The notes beneath the pieces are model-generated. The model ran no database searches and had not been told where the DNA came from. It saw nothing but the letters and a program-made list of their open reading frames with translations. Shown here piece by piece: positions 8,923 to 18,215 of a stretch of 64,000 bases of DNA. Numbering within the stretch: the first letter of the stretch is position 1; every line of letters begins with the position of its first letter. Source of the DNA: an uncultured Bacteroidales bacterium (lineage in GTDB: Bacteria; Bacteroidota; Bacteroidia; Bacteroidales; VadinHA17); the NCBI GenBank assembly GCA_963732365.1, contig CAVSZC010000003.1, positions 66,518 through 130,517 of the forward strand, read 5' to 3'. A program made the position numbers and the translations under genes.

Positions 8923-10260
8923 TTATCTTTCTTTCTTTACCACGGGGCTCTCAAGCCACTCTTCAAGTTTAGAAAAAACCAGTTCCTGCTGTTCAGGGGC
9001 AAGGTTTCTTATCCTCGTGCCATGGGCCCCCTCTTCCCTGACGATAACCATACACCCATCATTATCCCCCGGATCGGCTGCCGCAGCTGACCATGGATCA
9101 TATTCACCGTAAATAAAGATGAAGTTCTCCGCCTCTTTTTTCAGGTAGCTGTCAACTCCTTTTCCGGTTTCATAGTTATAGCTATAATCTATCCCTTCCG
9201 GTGCAGAAAAGAGAAACTCAGGACTGCCTGTGTCGCTGGCATACCTGAGCAACCCTGCAAACCTGTCAAAGTCATACCCGTAATACCCTAACTCAGTCAT
9301 TGCCTGGTAAAAGAAAGGCTCGAAGTACTCAATACCCTGATCGGAAAAATATTTGAAATCAGCTACCCTGGCAAGATGATTGAATATCTCATCATCGGTC
9401 CCCTCAAGAGGTATCGACTCGCATGTTAATGTACCCCATTGCCAGAAGGCAAACTCATATTCAAGAACGGTCATCTCGTAGGCGATCTCAGGGCCACCAA
9501 TCCTCGTAAAGGTAAATCCCTTCTCTTCAGCGAGAGCAAGCAGTTTCGGGAACATAATGTCAAATTTCTCCAGTGCAAGTTTCTGAAACTCAAACACCCT
9601 GTTCCTGCACTCTTCTGTCCCCACATTTTCAAGAAATGGCTTCATCCTCGAATCTTCCGGTCCGAAAGCAAGAGGACCTACATAAGGTACCCTCACATCA
9701 ACATCATCAGGATAATAATAACTGTGAAACATCACTGTCTGACCACCCTTGCTGATCCCCGTTGTGAGCCACTTACCGGTAAAGACAGGCTTGAATAACT
9801 CTATTATACGGTGATGATCAGTGGCAGCCTGCCATGTAGTAAGATACTGCCAGTCAATTGAATCAGGACAGGAATCCTCAAAATAGCGGTGCTCGATGAT
9901 TATCTGGTTGCATTGCAGCATGTCTGCCAGTTCACTCTTGCCGTTACGGGCTGAATAGCCTTCAGTAACCACCACCACCGGTTTGTCAGGCCCGACATAG
10001 CTGAGGAATACCTGCTGGGTGAATACAGGTCCGTCAGGATTATTATGATCAACGGGTTGTATAAGGTCAATCTCGTATGCCTTGAGAAACATAGAGTCAG
10101 CCTCAATCTCTTTGATGGCTTCAGCAGGCAGCGTTGCCAGCCTTTCCTCAAGTGTCATGGTTTTCTGTCCGCACCCTGCAGACAAAACAAGCATCGAAGA
10201 TGCAATAAGGATCAACGTACGAGTCATGTTAATTCTTGTTGTTAAACCTGTTAAATTCAT
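8923..10260 (-). CDS. secreted alpha/beta-hydrolase serine aminopeptidase (S28/S37-like), lipoprotein
   Basis: The start was moved to the ATG at 10260, which overlaps the upstream stop as ATGA; an ATG at 10227 is an alternative. It has a lipobox (LSAGC), a GxSxG motif (GISKGG), and an N-terminal IQPVDHNNP..FTQQV block as in S28/S37 peptidases. Confidence 0.55.
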   Translation of the reverse strand: MNLTGLTTRINMTRTLILIASSMLVLSAGCGQKTMTLEERLATLPAEAIKEIEADSMFLKAYEIDLIQPVDHNNPDGPVFTQQVFLSYVGPDKPVVVVTEGYSARNGKSELADMLQCNQIIIEHRYFEDSCPDSIDWQYLTTWQAATDHHRIIELFKPVFTGKWLTTGISKGGQTVMFHSYYYPDDVDVRVPYVGPLAFGPEDSRMKPFLENVGTEECRNRVFEFQKLALEKFDIMFPKLLALAEEKGFTFTRIGGPEIAYEMTVLEYEFAFWQWGTLTCESIPLEGTDDEIFNHLARVADFKYFSDQGIEYFEPFFYQAMTELGYYGYDFDRFAGLLRYASDTGSPEFLFSAPEGIDYSYNYETGKGVDSYLKKEAENFIFIYGEYDPWSAAAADPGDNDGCMVIVREEGAHGTRIRNLAPEQQELVFSKLEEWLESPVVKKER

Positions 10261-12065
10261 GTTCTTTTCAGAGGGGCCGTTTTGACCTTCAGCCATTTTC
10301 TGACATCCTGATTCAGATGTCCGCTCAGTGATTTGTATACCGTCTCGTGGTAGTCGTTGAGCCACTCAAGCTGCCTCTCTTCAAGAAGGGAGACATCAAT
10401 CAGGCTGGTGTCGATATAGCATAATGTGACTGTTTCAAATTTCAGGAATCTGCCATGGCCGGTCTCACGGTCGTCAACACAAAGCATAAGATTCTCTGTC
10501 CTGAAACCGTACTCACCCTCTCTGTAAACAGCAGGCTCATCTGATATGAGCATGCCGGGTTCGATGATTGTCTTAAGGTCTCCTGATGCGGCCGTGCCGA
10601 TTGTCTGCGGCCCTTCGTGAACATTAAGGAAGCTCCCTACACCGTGGCCTGTGCCATGTCCGTAGTTCAGCCCGTTATCCCACAATGCCCTTCGTGCCAG
10701 CACTTCGATCTGGTAGCCCCTGGTGCCATACGGAAAACGAACCATTGCGAGGTCTATCGTTCCTTTCAGCGCCAGGGTGAAGTCACTCTTCATCGTGCCG
10801 GACGGATCTGACAGTGCGACGGTTCGTGTTGTATCAGTTGTGCCACCGTAATACTGTCCCCCTGAGTCAACCAGGAAGATACCTTTCTTTCTCAGTGCTG
10901 TATAGCTACCTGCTTCGGCCACATAATGAGGCAGGGCCGCATGTTCATTCATTGCCGCTATGGTTGCGAATGACAACCCCACGCACCCCTCCTGTTCAAG
11001 CCGAAGGGCCTCAAGCTTCTCAGCCGCAGTGATCTCGGTCAGTTCCATGCCGCTGTCAAGGCTCTTCTCCAGCCAGTGGAAGAAGCGGGTCAGGGCTACA
11101 CCGTCCCTCACCATCACCTCGCGGAGGTTTTTTATCTCCGTCTGATTCCTGATTGCCTTCAGGCGTGTCGCGATGGTAACTTCCTCTGTGATATTCACCC
11201 TTCGGCCGACTGCCCTGTAAAGAGCCGCAGATGTTGTTGAGGGAGAGAGAAGCAGTGTTGAGCCTGCCGACAGAGAGCCTAAGAGTGATGTCACCGTATC
11301 ATAAGGCAGTAATACCACTCCTTCACGGTCAAGCTCAGCCTTGAGTGCCCCTGGAACCTTCTCCTCGTCGGCAAAGAAGAGCACCTGGTCCATACCTACA
11401 AGGGCAAAGGAGAGGAGCAACGGACTGTAAGCAATATCCCTGCCTCTGATGTTAAGAAGCCACATCACATCGTCTGTTGCAGTCAGAAGCTGCCAGTCAG
11501 CCTTCATAGCGGCCATCTTCTCACGCACACGTGATATCTTGTCCTTCCTGCTCTCACCGGCATACCTGATCTGATGTATAAAAGCCTTCTCCGCGGGCAG
11601 TGGCGGCCGCTCTTCCCACAAAGGTGTAACAAGATCACACCTGAGATCCAGCTTTATCCCTTTCGGTTTCAGCGAATCGCTGAGTTGCCGTGCCATACCC
11701 GCGGAAAGGAGCCTCCCATCGGCCCCTACCCTGCCACCTTTCCTGATTTTGTCATGCAGCCACTCAATATGTTCCGGCGTATGGGGTACCCTGAGCCTGA
11801 CAAGCTCAAAACCTGAGTCCCTTAGCTGGTCTGCTGCCTGGATGAAATACCGGCTGTCAGTCCACAGACCAGCAAACCTGGCAGTGATGACCACATTTCC
11901 TGTCGAGCCGGTGAACCCTGTGAGCCACCTTACTGCCCTCCAGTGATCAGGGACATATTCTCCCAGATGAGGGTCGGATGACGGTACTATCAGGGCATCA
12001 AGCCCCTTCTTCCTCATAAGTGCTCTTATGCCGGCGAGACGTTTTTTGTAAATGCTTGCTGCCAC
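10257..12065 (-). CDS. Xaa-Pro aminopeptidase (M24B, long aminopeptidase P form)
   Basis: The C-terminal M24 fold contains HGTGHGVGSFLNVHEGP and ISDEPAVY. The N-terminal domains are creatinase/AP-P-like. The start codon is GTG. Confidence 0.8.
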   Translation of the reverse strand: MAASIYKKRLAGIRALMRKKGLDALIVPSSDPHLGEYVPDHWRAVRWLTGFTGSTGNVVITARFAGLWTDSRYFIQAADQLRDSGFELVRLRVPHTPEHIEWLHDKIRKGGRVGADGRLLSAGMARQLSDSLKPKGIKLDLRCDLVTPLWEERPPLPAEKAFIHQIRYAGESRKDKISRVREKMAAMKADWQLLTATDDVMWLLNIRGRDIAYSPLLLSFALVGMDQVLFFADEEKVPGALKAELDREGVVLLPYDTVTSLLGSLSAGSTLLLSPSTTSAALYRAVGRRVNITEEVTIATRLKAIRNQTEIKNLREVMVRDGVALTRFFHWLEKSLDSGMELTEITAAEKLEALRLEQEGCVGLSFATIAAMNEHAALPHYVAEAGSYTALRKKGIFLVDSGGQYYGGTTDTTRTVALSDPSGTMKSDFTLALKGTIDLAMVRFPYGTRGYQIEVLARRALWDNGLNYGHGTGHGVGSFLNVHEGPQTIGTAASGDLKTIIEPGMLISDEPAVYREGEYGFRTENLMLCVDDRETGHGRFLKFETVTLCYIDTSLIDVSLLEERQLEWLNDYHETVYKSLSGHLNQDVRKWLKVKTAPLKRT

Positions 12066-12085
12066 CTGATTATTGTTTATTGATT

Positions 12086-14239
12086 TTATTTGCCAAAGAA
12101 ATGCCTGAGCCAGAAGCTGTTACCCTCATTGGACATAAAGACTCTCTTGGGGCCTCCCCATCCGTGTCTCTCGCCCGGGTAAATCATATACTCGAAAGGC
12201 TTGGTAAGATCCTGGAGAGTGGTTATAAGCCACACGGAGTTCTGCATGTGCACATTGTCATCCATGTCGCCATGGCGGATAAGCAGCTTGCCCTTCAGAT
12301 TTGCAGCATGGGTAATGGCAGAACCGTACTTGTATCCCTCCGGATTATCCTCCGGTGTATCCATGAACCTTTCAGTATAGACATTGTCATACAGCCGCCA
12401 GTCTGTTACCGAATAGTCTGCGATCCCGTGGGTCCAATAGTCGGCACCCAGTGTCATAGCCATGCAGGTAGTATAACCACCGTATGAGCCTCCCGTTATC
12501 CCCATCCTGGAGGCGTCGACCCAGGGTTTCTCCCGGAGCCATTTCACCGCATCTGAGTAGTCAGATATCTCCCATTTACCAAGAGAACGGTGCATGTAGT
12601 CCAGCCCCTTCTTCCCGAAATGACCTGATCCCCGATGGTCAACATTTATTGTTATGATGCCGTTCTCAGCATACCATCTGGGAGTGTAGCCGGTCCACCT
12701 GTTGCGGATGCTTCCGGCATCGGGTCCTCCGTAGATGGTGAAGATGACGGGGTATTTCACCGCAGGGTCAAAATTGACAGGATAGGTAATCATTGCCGGC
12801 ATGTCAAAAAGCCCGTCGGAGGTTCTTATTTTGACAATCTCAGACTTCTGGTGGCTGGCAGGATCAAAGGCCGGTGTCTCCTGGGTGTAAATATTCCTGA
12901 CGACTTTTGCCTTTTTGTCGATAAGGTTAATTCCGCCCGGGTCGCTGATACTGTTCCATGTATCCAGGAACCATGATCCTCCCGGTGATACTGAAACGGC
13001 GTGGTATCCTGAACCCGCTGTCATCTGCTGAAGCTTGCTGCCGTCGATCCTTACCCTGTAAAGATGATTGTCGAGAGCATCAGGGCCGGTACCGTTGAAG
13101 TACACTTCCTTACGTGCCTCGTCAACCCTGACAAGCTCGGTAACCTTCCATTCAAAGCCGGTGATCTGTGAGATGAGCCTGCCATCCCATCCGTAGTAAT
13201 AGAGGTTATGCCAGTCATTGCGGTAACTCCTGACGATGAATCCGCTGCCATCGTTCATTACATGTATGTCTTCAAAAAAATCAATCCATGTAGGCCTGGT
13301 CTCGCGATATACCTCCCTGAAATCGCCTGTGGCGACATCGGCAAGGATAAACCTCATGTCATTCTGGTCACGGTTAAGAACCTGTATCATAAGGCTGCGG
13401 CTGTCAGGTGTCCATGACGGCCAGGCAATGTACTGGTCTATGTTGTCATCGGTCTTCACCCATGTGGTTTTTACCGTTGCCAGCTCAACCACTCCCATCT
13501 TCACCTTCGGGTTCGGATCTCCCGGCTTCGGATAGGGTGTGGTTTCCATACGTCCGTGAATGCCGTCGGTATCCTCCAGCCCAATCAGGTTAAAGAGAGG
13601 CACCGGGTTGTCATCTGTGTGAAGGTAGGCTATGCGGGTGGCATCAGGAGACCACCAGAAGGCTGCATACCTTGATGCTCGCCCCAGTATCTCCTCGAAA
13701 TAGACCCATGATGCCCACCCGTTGTATATCTTATCGGTAGCATCGAAAGTCAGCCGTATTTCCCTTTGCTGGTCAAGATCAAATACATACAGATCCTTGT
13801 TCTTCGTATAGGCAATCTTCCTGTCTCCGGGAGCGAAGCGCATGTTCACCTCCTGGTCCGGATCGTTCGTGAGACGCTTGCCGGTGCGGTCTTCAACGGT
13901 GACATACCAAAGGTCATTGTCGCGACTCAGCACAACCGCCCGGCGGTCAGAGGCAACGGCCTGGTTAAGGCCCGGCTGAACACCTTCGGGCAACATTTCG
14001 CGAAGCTTTTCCGCATCGCTTTTATAGTCAGTTACGACAACCGATTTACCTGTTTTGCAATCATACTCACTGATGACAATCTTCTTCTGCTCATCAAAGG
14101 TCTGGAGAAGCATCCGGTTATCATCAAGCCATTTAATTATTCCCGGCTGGTTATTCTGCATGCCGGGTCTCTGTGCTGAGATGAGAACAGTGAGCAGCAA
14201 GAGAGCCGAGGTCTGTAAGATCCTGATCCTGTTTTTCAT
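12086..14239 (-). CDS. dipeptidyl-peptidase IV (S9B prolyl oligopeptidase family)
   Basis: It has a DPP-IV beta-propeller N-domain and a catalytic GxSxGG motif (GITGGSYGGY). The start is set at the ATG at 14239 (signal peptide MKNRIRILQTSALLLL), because the longer ORF start at 14281 lies inside the predicted -7 box. Confidence 0.85.
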   Translation of the reverse strand: MKNRIRILQTSALLLLTVLISAQRPGMQNNQPGIIKWLDDNRMLLQTFDEQKKIVISEYDCKTGKSVVVTDYKSDAEKLREMLPEGVQPGLNQAVASDRRAVVLSRDNDLWYVTVEDRTGKRLTNDPDQEVNMRFAPGDRKIAYTKNKDLYVFDLDQQREIRLTFDATDKIYNGWASWVYFEEILGRASRYAAFWWSPDATRIAYLHTDDNPVPLFNLIGLEDTDGIHGRMETTPYPKPGDPNPKVKMGVVELATVKTTWVKTDDNIDQYIAWPSWTPDSRSLMIQVLNRDQNDMRFILADVATGDFREVYRETRPTWIDFFEDIHVMNDGSGFIVRSYRNDWHNLYYYGWDGRLISQITGFEWKVTELVRVDEARKEVYFNGTGPDALDNHLYRVRIDGSKLQQMTAGSGYHAVSVSPGGSWFLDTWNSISDPGGINLIDKKAKVVRNIYTQETPAFDPASHQKSEIVKIRTSDGLFDMPAMITYPVNFDPAVKYPVIFTIYGGPDAGSIRNRWTGYTPRWYAENGIITINVDHRGSGHFGKKGLDYMHRSLGKWEISDYSDAVKWLREKPWVDASRMGITGGSYGGYTTCMAMTLGADYWTHGIADYSVTDWRLYDNVYTERFMDTPEDNPEGYKYGSAITHAANLKGKLLIRHGDMDDNVHMQNSVWLITTLQDLTKPFEYMIYPGERHGWGGPKRVFMSNEGNSFWLRHFFGK

Positions 14240-14278
14240 GATATTAGTCTGGATGTTTGAATTAGTTTCTTTGAACAG

Positions 14279-14286
14279 CAAATATA
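14279..14286 (-). promoter_or_regulatory. candidate -7 box (TATATTTG) for the DPP-IV operon
   Basis: The minus strand reads TATATTTG, ending 39 nt upstream of the ATG at 14239. Confidence 0.4.
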
Positions 14287-14387
14287 ATTAAGAAAGGACA
14301 GCACAGTCTTGAAGTTGTCAAAGAACATGTGCCGTGAATAACACAGGGCAGCATAATTAAAATATATTTACATTCTAATTCTGACTT

Positions 14388-16901
14388 ATGAAGATCTCCA
14401 TAAAGTTTATTATCCTGGCAGCATTCGTTTCACTGAACCTCCACTCACAGGTGGTACAGACTCCGGAACAGTTTCTCGGTTACACTCCGGGTGACCGTTT
14501 CACGCTGCATCATTCAATAGACGGTTACTTCAGGCATGTAGCAGAGGCAAGTCCCAATGCTGACTATATGCAATACGGCGTCACATGGGAAGGAAGGCCT
14601 CTGGGAGTATGTATCATCAGCTCGCCCGAAAACATCGCCAACCTTGAAAACATCAGGATGTCTAACCTTCAGCGGACCGGGCTGGCGCCGGGAGAGCCTG
14701 CGGCAGAGGCTGTACCCATTGTCTGGCTTGCATATAACGTACACGGGGCGGAACCGGTCGGAAGTGAGGCTGCCATGAAAGTACTTTACACCCTTGTGAC
14801 AGGAAGTTATCCGGGCGCGGATGAGTGGCTCAAAAACCTTATTATTATCATTGATCCGTGCCAGAACCCTGACGGACGCGATCTTTTCACCACCAGGTAC
14901 CTCAGGTCACAGGGATATCCGCCCAGCAGCGACCCCAATGCGTGGGAACATAACCAGGGGTGGCCCTCAGCGAGACTGAACCACTACCTTTTCGACCTGA
15001 ACCGCGACTGGAGCTGGCATGTTCAGCAGGAGACCAGGCTCAGGATGAAACTATATAACAGCTTCATGCCGCATATTCATGCCGATTTTCACGAGATGGG
15101 TGCAGGGAGTTCGTTCTTCTTCCCCCCCGGGGCGGAGCCCTGGCATGAGACGATCACACCATGGCAGAGAGAGTACCATACTATCACCGGAAAGACAACG
15201 GCGAAGCTCTTCGACGCTGCAAACCGTCTCTATTTCACCAAAGACAATTTTGATCTCTTCTGCCCAAGCTTCGGAGATACATGGCCACTGTTCAACGGCG
15301 CCATGGGGTTCACCCTTGAGCAGGGCGGCGGCGCACAGGCCGGACTGACATTCAGCCGCGAAGAGGGTGACACACTCACTCTCAGGAAGCGGATTGAAGG
15401 GCACTGGCTCTCATCGGTAGCCATGATAGCTGCAGCAAATGACAATCGTGAGAGACTGCTGAAGGAATTCTACGAATTCTTCCGCTCAGCATCGACCAGT
15501 CCCACGTTCAAATACAAGACCATTGTAATAAAAGGATCAAATGATGCAGCCTCACTCGCATCACTCAGGAATCTTTTGGAGAGCAACCAGATAAGATACT
15601 CCTCACCGCGCGTGACAGGAAAGAAACTGACGGCATTTGATTACCGGTCAGACAGGGAGGGCACCCTGACGATTGAGAAAAATGACCTTATCATCAGCGC
15701 CTTTCAACCTCAGAGCCGGTTGATGCAGGTACTCTTCGAGCCCGACTCAAGATCATCTGACTCTATCAGCTATGACCTAACAGCCTGGGCATTACCGTAT
15801 GTATATAATATCGAGGCATATGCAGTCGAAGAGAGACTGTCAGCTGCTGAAACGCCCTATGCCGTGACAGCCGCTGACAGACCCCTTGACAGCATTAAAC
15901 CCTACGCCTACGCTGCACCCATGACAGGCTTCAATGAACTCAGGTTCATGGCTCAGCTGTACAAAAATGGGCTTAACGTGAGGTACAGCCTCAAGCCATT
16001 TGTAACCGAGGGGATAACCTTCGGAAGAGGATCTGTGATGGTTGCCAGGGGTGATAACATGAATGTGATTGATTTTGACAGGAAAGTGTATGACGCTGCT
16101 TCAAAGAGCAGCATCACCGCAGTGAGACTCAGCAGCGGCATGGTCACCGAAGGTAAGGACATCGGCTCCGACTACGCTCCTGTGAATAAAGCCCCGGCTG
16201 TGGCACTGGCCGGAGGTGAAGGGACATCTCAGGCGTTCGGTGAGATATGGTACTACATGGAGAGGGAGCTTGAGTTCCCCGTGACAGTGATCGATGGCTC
16301 CGACCTGCCCGACTGTGACCTTTCTGATTATGACATCCTCATACTTCCGGGAGGAGACTATACGAAAGCAAAAGATCGCATAATGACATTTGTCAAAGAG
16401 GGTGGCAGAGTTATAGCCATTGACAATGCAATGGCCCTCTTCAGGGCTGAAAAGACCACTGAGCTGGGTAAGGCAACAGAGGCCAAAGAGGCCGAAGATA
16501 AAAAGAGTGTCAAAAGCACTGTCGGAGACACCACTCTCCTTACCCGCTATGATGACCAGCGCCGTATATCGGCCACAGAGAGGTCTTCAGGTGCCATCTT
16601 CAGGGTAAGACTCGATGATACACATCCATATGCTTTCGGGATGGGAAAAGAGTGGTTCCTGATGAAGAGAAGCACCGGGTTTCCCTTCCTTGAGAAAGGG
16701 AGGAATATCGGTTACATAACAGACAACAAACCCGTTGCAGGCTTTGCAGGGTATAAATTCTGCCAGAAGGTAAAAAACACAAGTGTGATCGCCTCAGAGA
16801 GAATTGGTGAGGGCGAGGTGATCTATATATCTGACGACCCTTACTTCAGGGCATACTGGAAAAGCGGCAGGGTGCTGCTGGGGAACCTTATACTCAGGTA
16901 A
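14388..16901 (+). CDS. M14-family zinc carboxypeptidase domain protein (large, secreted)
   Basis: It has a signal peptide, an HxxE zinc motif (NVHGAEPVG), a downstream HADFHEMG block, and a long C-terminal extension. Length is 837 aa. Confidence 0.7.
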   Translation: MKISIKFIILAAFVSLNLHSQVVQTPEQFLGYTPGDRFTLHHSIDGYFRHVAEASPNADYMQYGVTWEGRPLGVCIISSPENIANLENIRMSNLQRTGLAPGEPAAEAVPIVWLAYNVHGAEPVGSEAAMKVLYTLVTGSYPGADEWLKNLIIIIDPCQNPDGRDLFTTRYLRSQGYPPSSDPNAWEHNQGWPSARLNHYLFDLNRDWSWHVQQETRLRMKLYNSFMPHIHADFHEMGAGSSFFFPPGAEPWHETITPWQREYHTITGKTTAKLFDAANRLYFTKDNFDLFCPSFGDTWPLFNGAMGFTLEQGGGAQAGLTFSREEGDTLTLRKRIEGHWLSSVAMIAAANDNRERLLKEFYEFFRSASTSPTFKYKTIVIKGSNDAASLASLRNLLESNQIRYSSPRVTGKKLTAFDYRSDREGTLTIEKNDLIISAFQPQSRLMQVLFEPDSRSSDSISYDLTAWALPYVYNIEAYAVEERLSAAETPYAVTAADRPLDSIKPYAYAAPMTGFNELRFMAQLYKNGLNVRYSLKPFVTEGITFGRGSVMVARGDNMNVIDFDRKVYDAASKSSITAVRLSSGMVTEGKDIGSDYAPVNKAPAVALAGGEGTSQAFGEIWYYMERELEFPVTVIDGSDLPDCDLSDYDILILPGGDYTKAKDRIMTFVKEGGRVIAIDNAMALFRAEKTTELGKATEAKEAEDKKSVKSTVGDTTLLTRYDDQRRISATERSSGAIFRVRLDDTHPYAFGMGKEWFLMKRSTGFPFLEKGRNIGYITDNKPVAGFAGYKFCQKVKNTSVIASERIGEGEVIYISDDPYFRAYWKSGRVLLGNLILR

Positions 16902-16982
16902 CATCAGGGGATAACAGTATTTCTGTTGTTGGTTTTCTCAGGCTGTTACATTACATTTAACCTCTGAAGCAACAATCACCTG

Positions 16983-18215
16983 ATGAAAAATCTCCTCGAC
17001 AGGTTTCTTGCCTATGCACGGCACGACACCAGGCCGGATGAGTCCTCGACCGTCTCCCCTTCATCGATCAGCCAGATGCTCTTTGCAGAGAAACTGGTCT
17101 CTGAACTTAAGGAGATCGGACTATCTGACATCTCTCTCGACGGCAACGGCTATGTGATGGCCACACTGCCTGCAAACACCGGTTCAGTCCGCCCGGTAAT
17201 TGGTTTCATTGCACACATGGATACCAGTCCGGAAGCGCCGTCGGAAAACATCAATCCGCAGGTACATTATGACTACAGAGGTGGGGATATTACTCTCAAT
17301 GAAGAAAAAGGGGTAGTACTATCACCCCGTGACTTCCCTGAGCTAAGGCGTTACAAGGGACAGACAATAATCACCTCTGACGGCACCACACTGCTCGGCG
17401 CCGATGACAAGGCGGGTCTTTCAGAGATTGTGACAGCGATGGAGTATCTTATAGCGCACCCTGAGCTTAAGCACGGCAAGATAAGGATCGCCTTCACACC
17501 CGATGAGGAGATAGGCCGGGGAGCAGATCATTTCAACGTAAAGGCTTTCGGCGCCGAATATGCATATACCCTTGACGGGGGCGGACTGGGAGAGCTTGAG
17601 TATGAGAACTTTAATGCTGCTGCTGCAACCGTGACCATCAGGGGCAGAAGCGTACACCCCGGGTCGGCAAAAGGAACCATGATCAATTCACTGATGCTGG
17701 CACGTAAGTTCGATGCCTTTCTCCCCTCAAAAGAGAGGCCGGAGTTCACCACCGGGTACCAGGGATTCTTCCACCTGTACGACATGAGAGGAGCAGTGGA
17801 GGAGACGACGATGAAGTATATCATCAGGGATCACGACCCTCTTAAGTTCGGAGAGAGAAAGAAAGTAATGGAAGAGGCGGCATCAGTCCTGAGGAAAAGG
17901 TACAGGGACGCCCGGATATCGGTTACCCTGAAGGATCAGTACTTCAATATGAAGGAGATAATAGAGGCCAGCTTCTTCATCTTCGAGAATGCAATAAAGG
18001 CTTACCGCAAAGCCGGTATCGAGCCGGTGATAAAACCCGTACGTGGCGGCACTGACGGAGCAAGACTCTCTTTCATGGGCCTCCCCTGCCCAAACCTCTT
18101 TACCGGGGGACATAACTACCACTCACGGTATGAATACATCCCGCTGCAGTCGATGGAAAAGGCAGTTGAAGTAATAATAAATCTTGCAGTGGATACTAAA
18201 CCCAAAAAGAAATGA
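16983..18215 (+). CDS. pepT: peptidase T (tripeptide aminopeptidase, M20B)
   Basis: PepT blocks are present: IAHMDTSP, GADDKAG, TPDEEIGRGA and GGHNYHS. Length is 410 aa. Confidence 0.85.
   Translation: MKNLLDRFLAYARHDTRPDESSTVSPSSISQMLFAEKLVSELKEIGLSDISLDGNGYVMATLPANTGSVRPVIGFIAHMDTSPEAPSENINPQVHYDYRGGDITLNEEKGVVLSPRDFPELRRYKGQTIITSDGTTLLGADDKAGLSEIVTAMEYLIAHPELKHGKIRIAFTPDEEIGRGADHFNVKAFGAEYAYTLDGGGLGELEYENFNAAAATVTIRGRSVHPGSAKGTMINSLMLARKFDAFLPSKERPEFTTGYQGFFHLYDMRGAVEETTMKYIIRDHDPLKFGERKKVMEEAASVLRKRYRDARISVTLKDQYFNMKEIIEASFFIFENAIKAYRKAGIEPVIKPVRGGTDGARLSFMGLPCPNLFTGGHNYHSRYEYIPLQSMEKAVEVIINLAVDTKPKKK

Noticed and set aside
10261-10365. Longer N-termini offered by the ORF track for the S28/S37-like peptidase (10365), DPP-IV (14281), NusB (43969), the PUR-like gene (43976), the LysM protein (34611), HydA (22322, TTG) and the SAM hydrolase (36683, TTG).
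   Set aside because: The longer forms overlap the upstream gene or the predicted -7 box, or place non-signal sequence ahead of a clear signal peptide or conserved N-terminus. Shorter ATG starts were preferred. These remain predictions.
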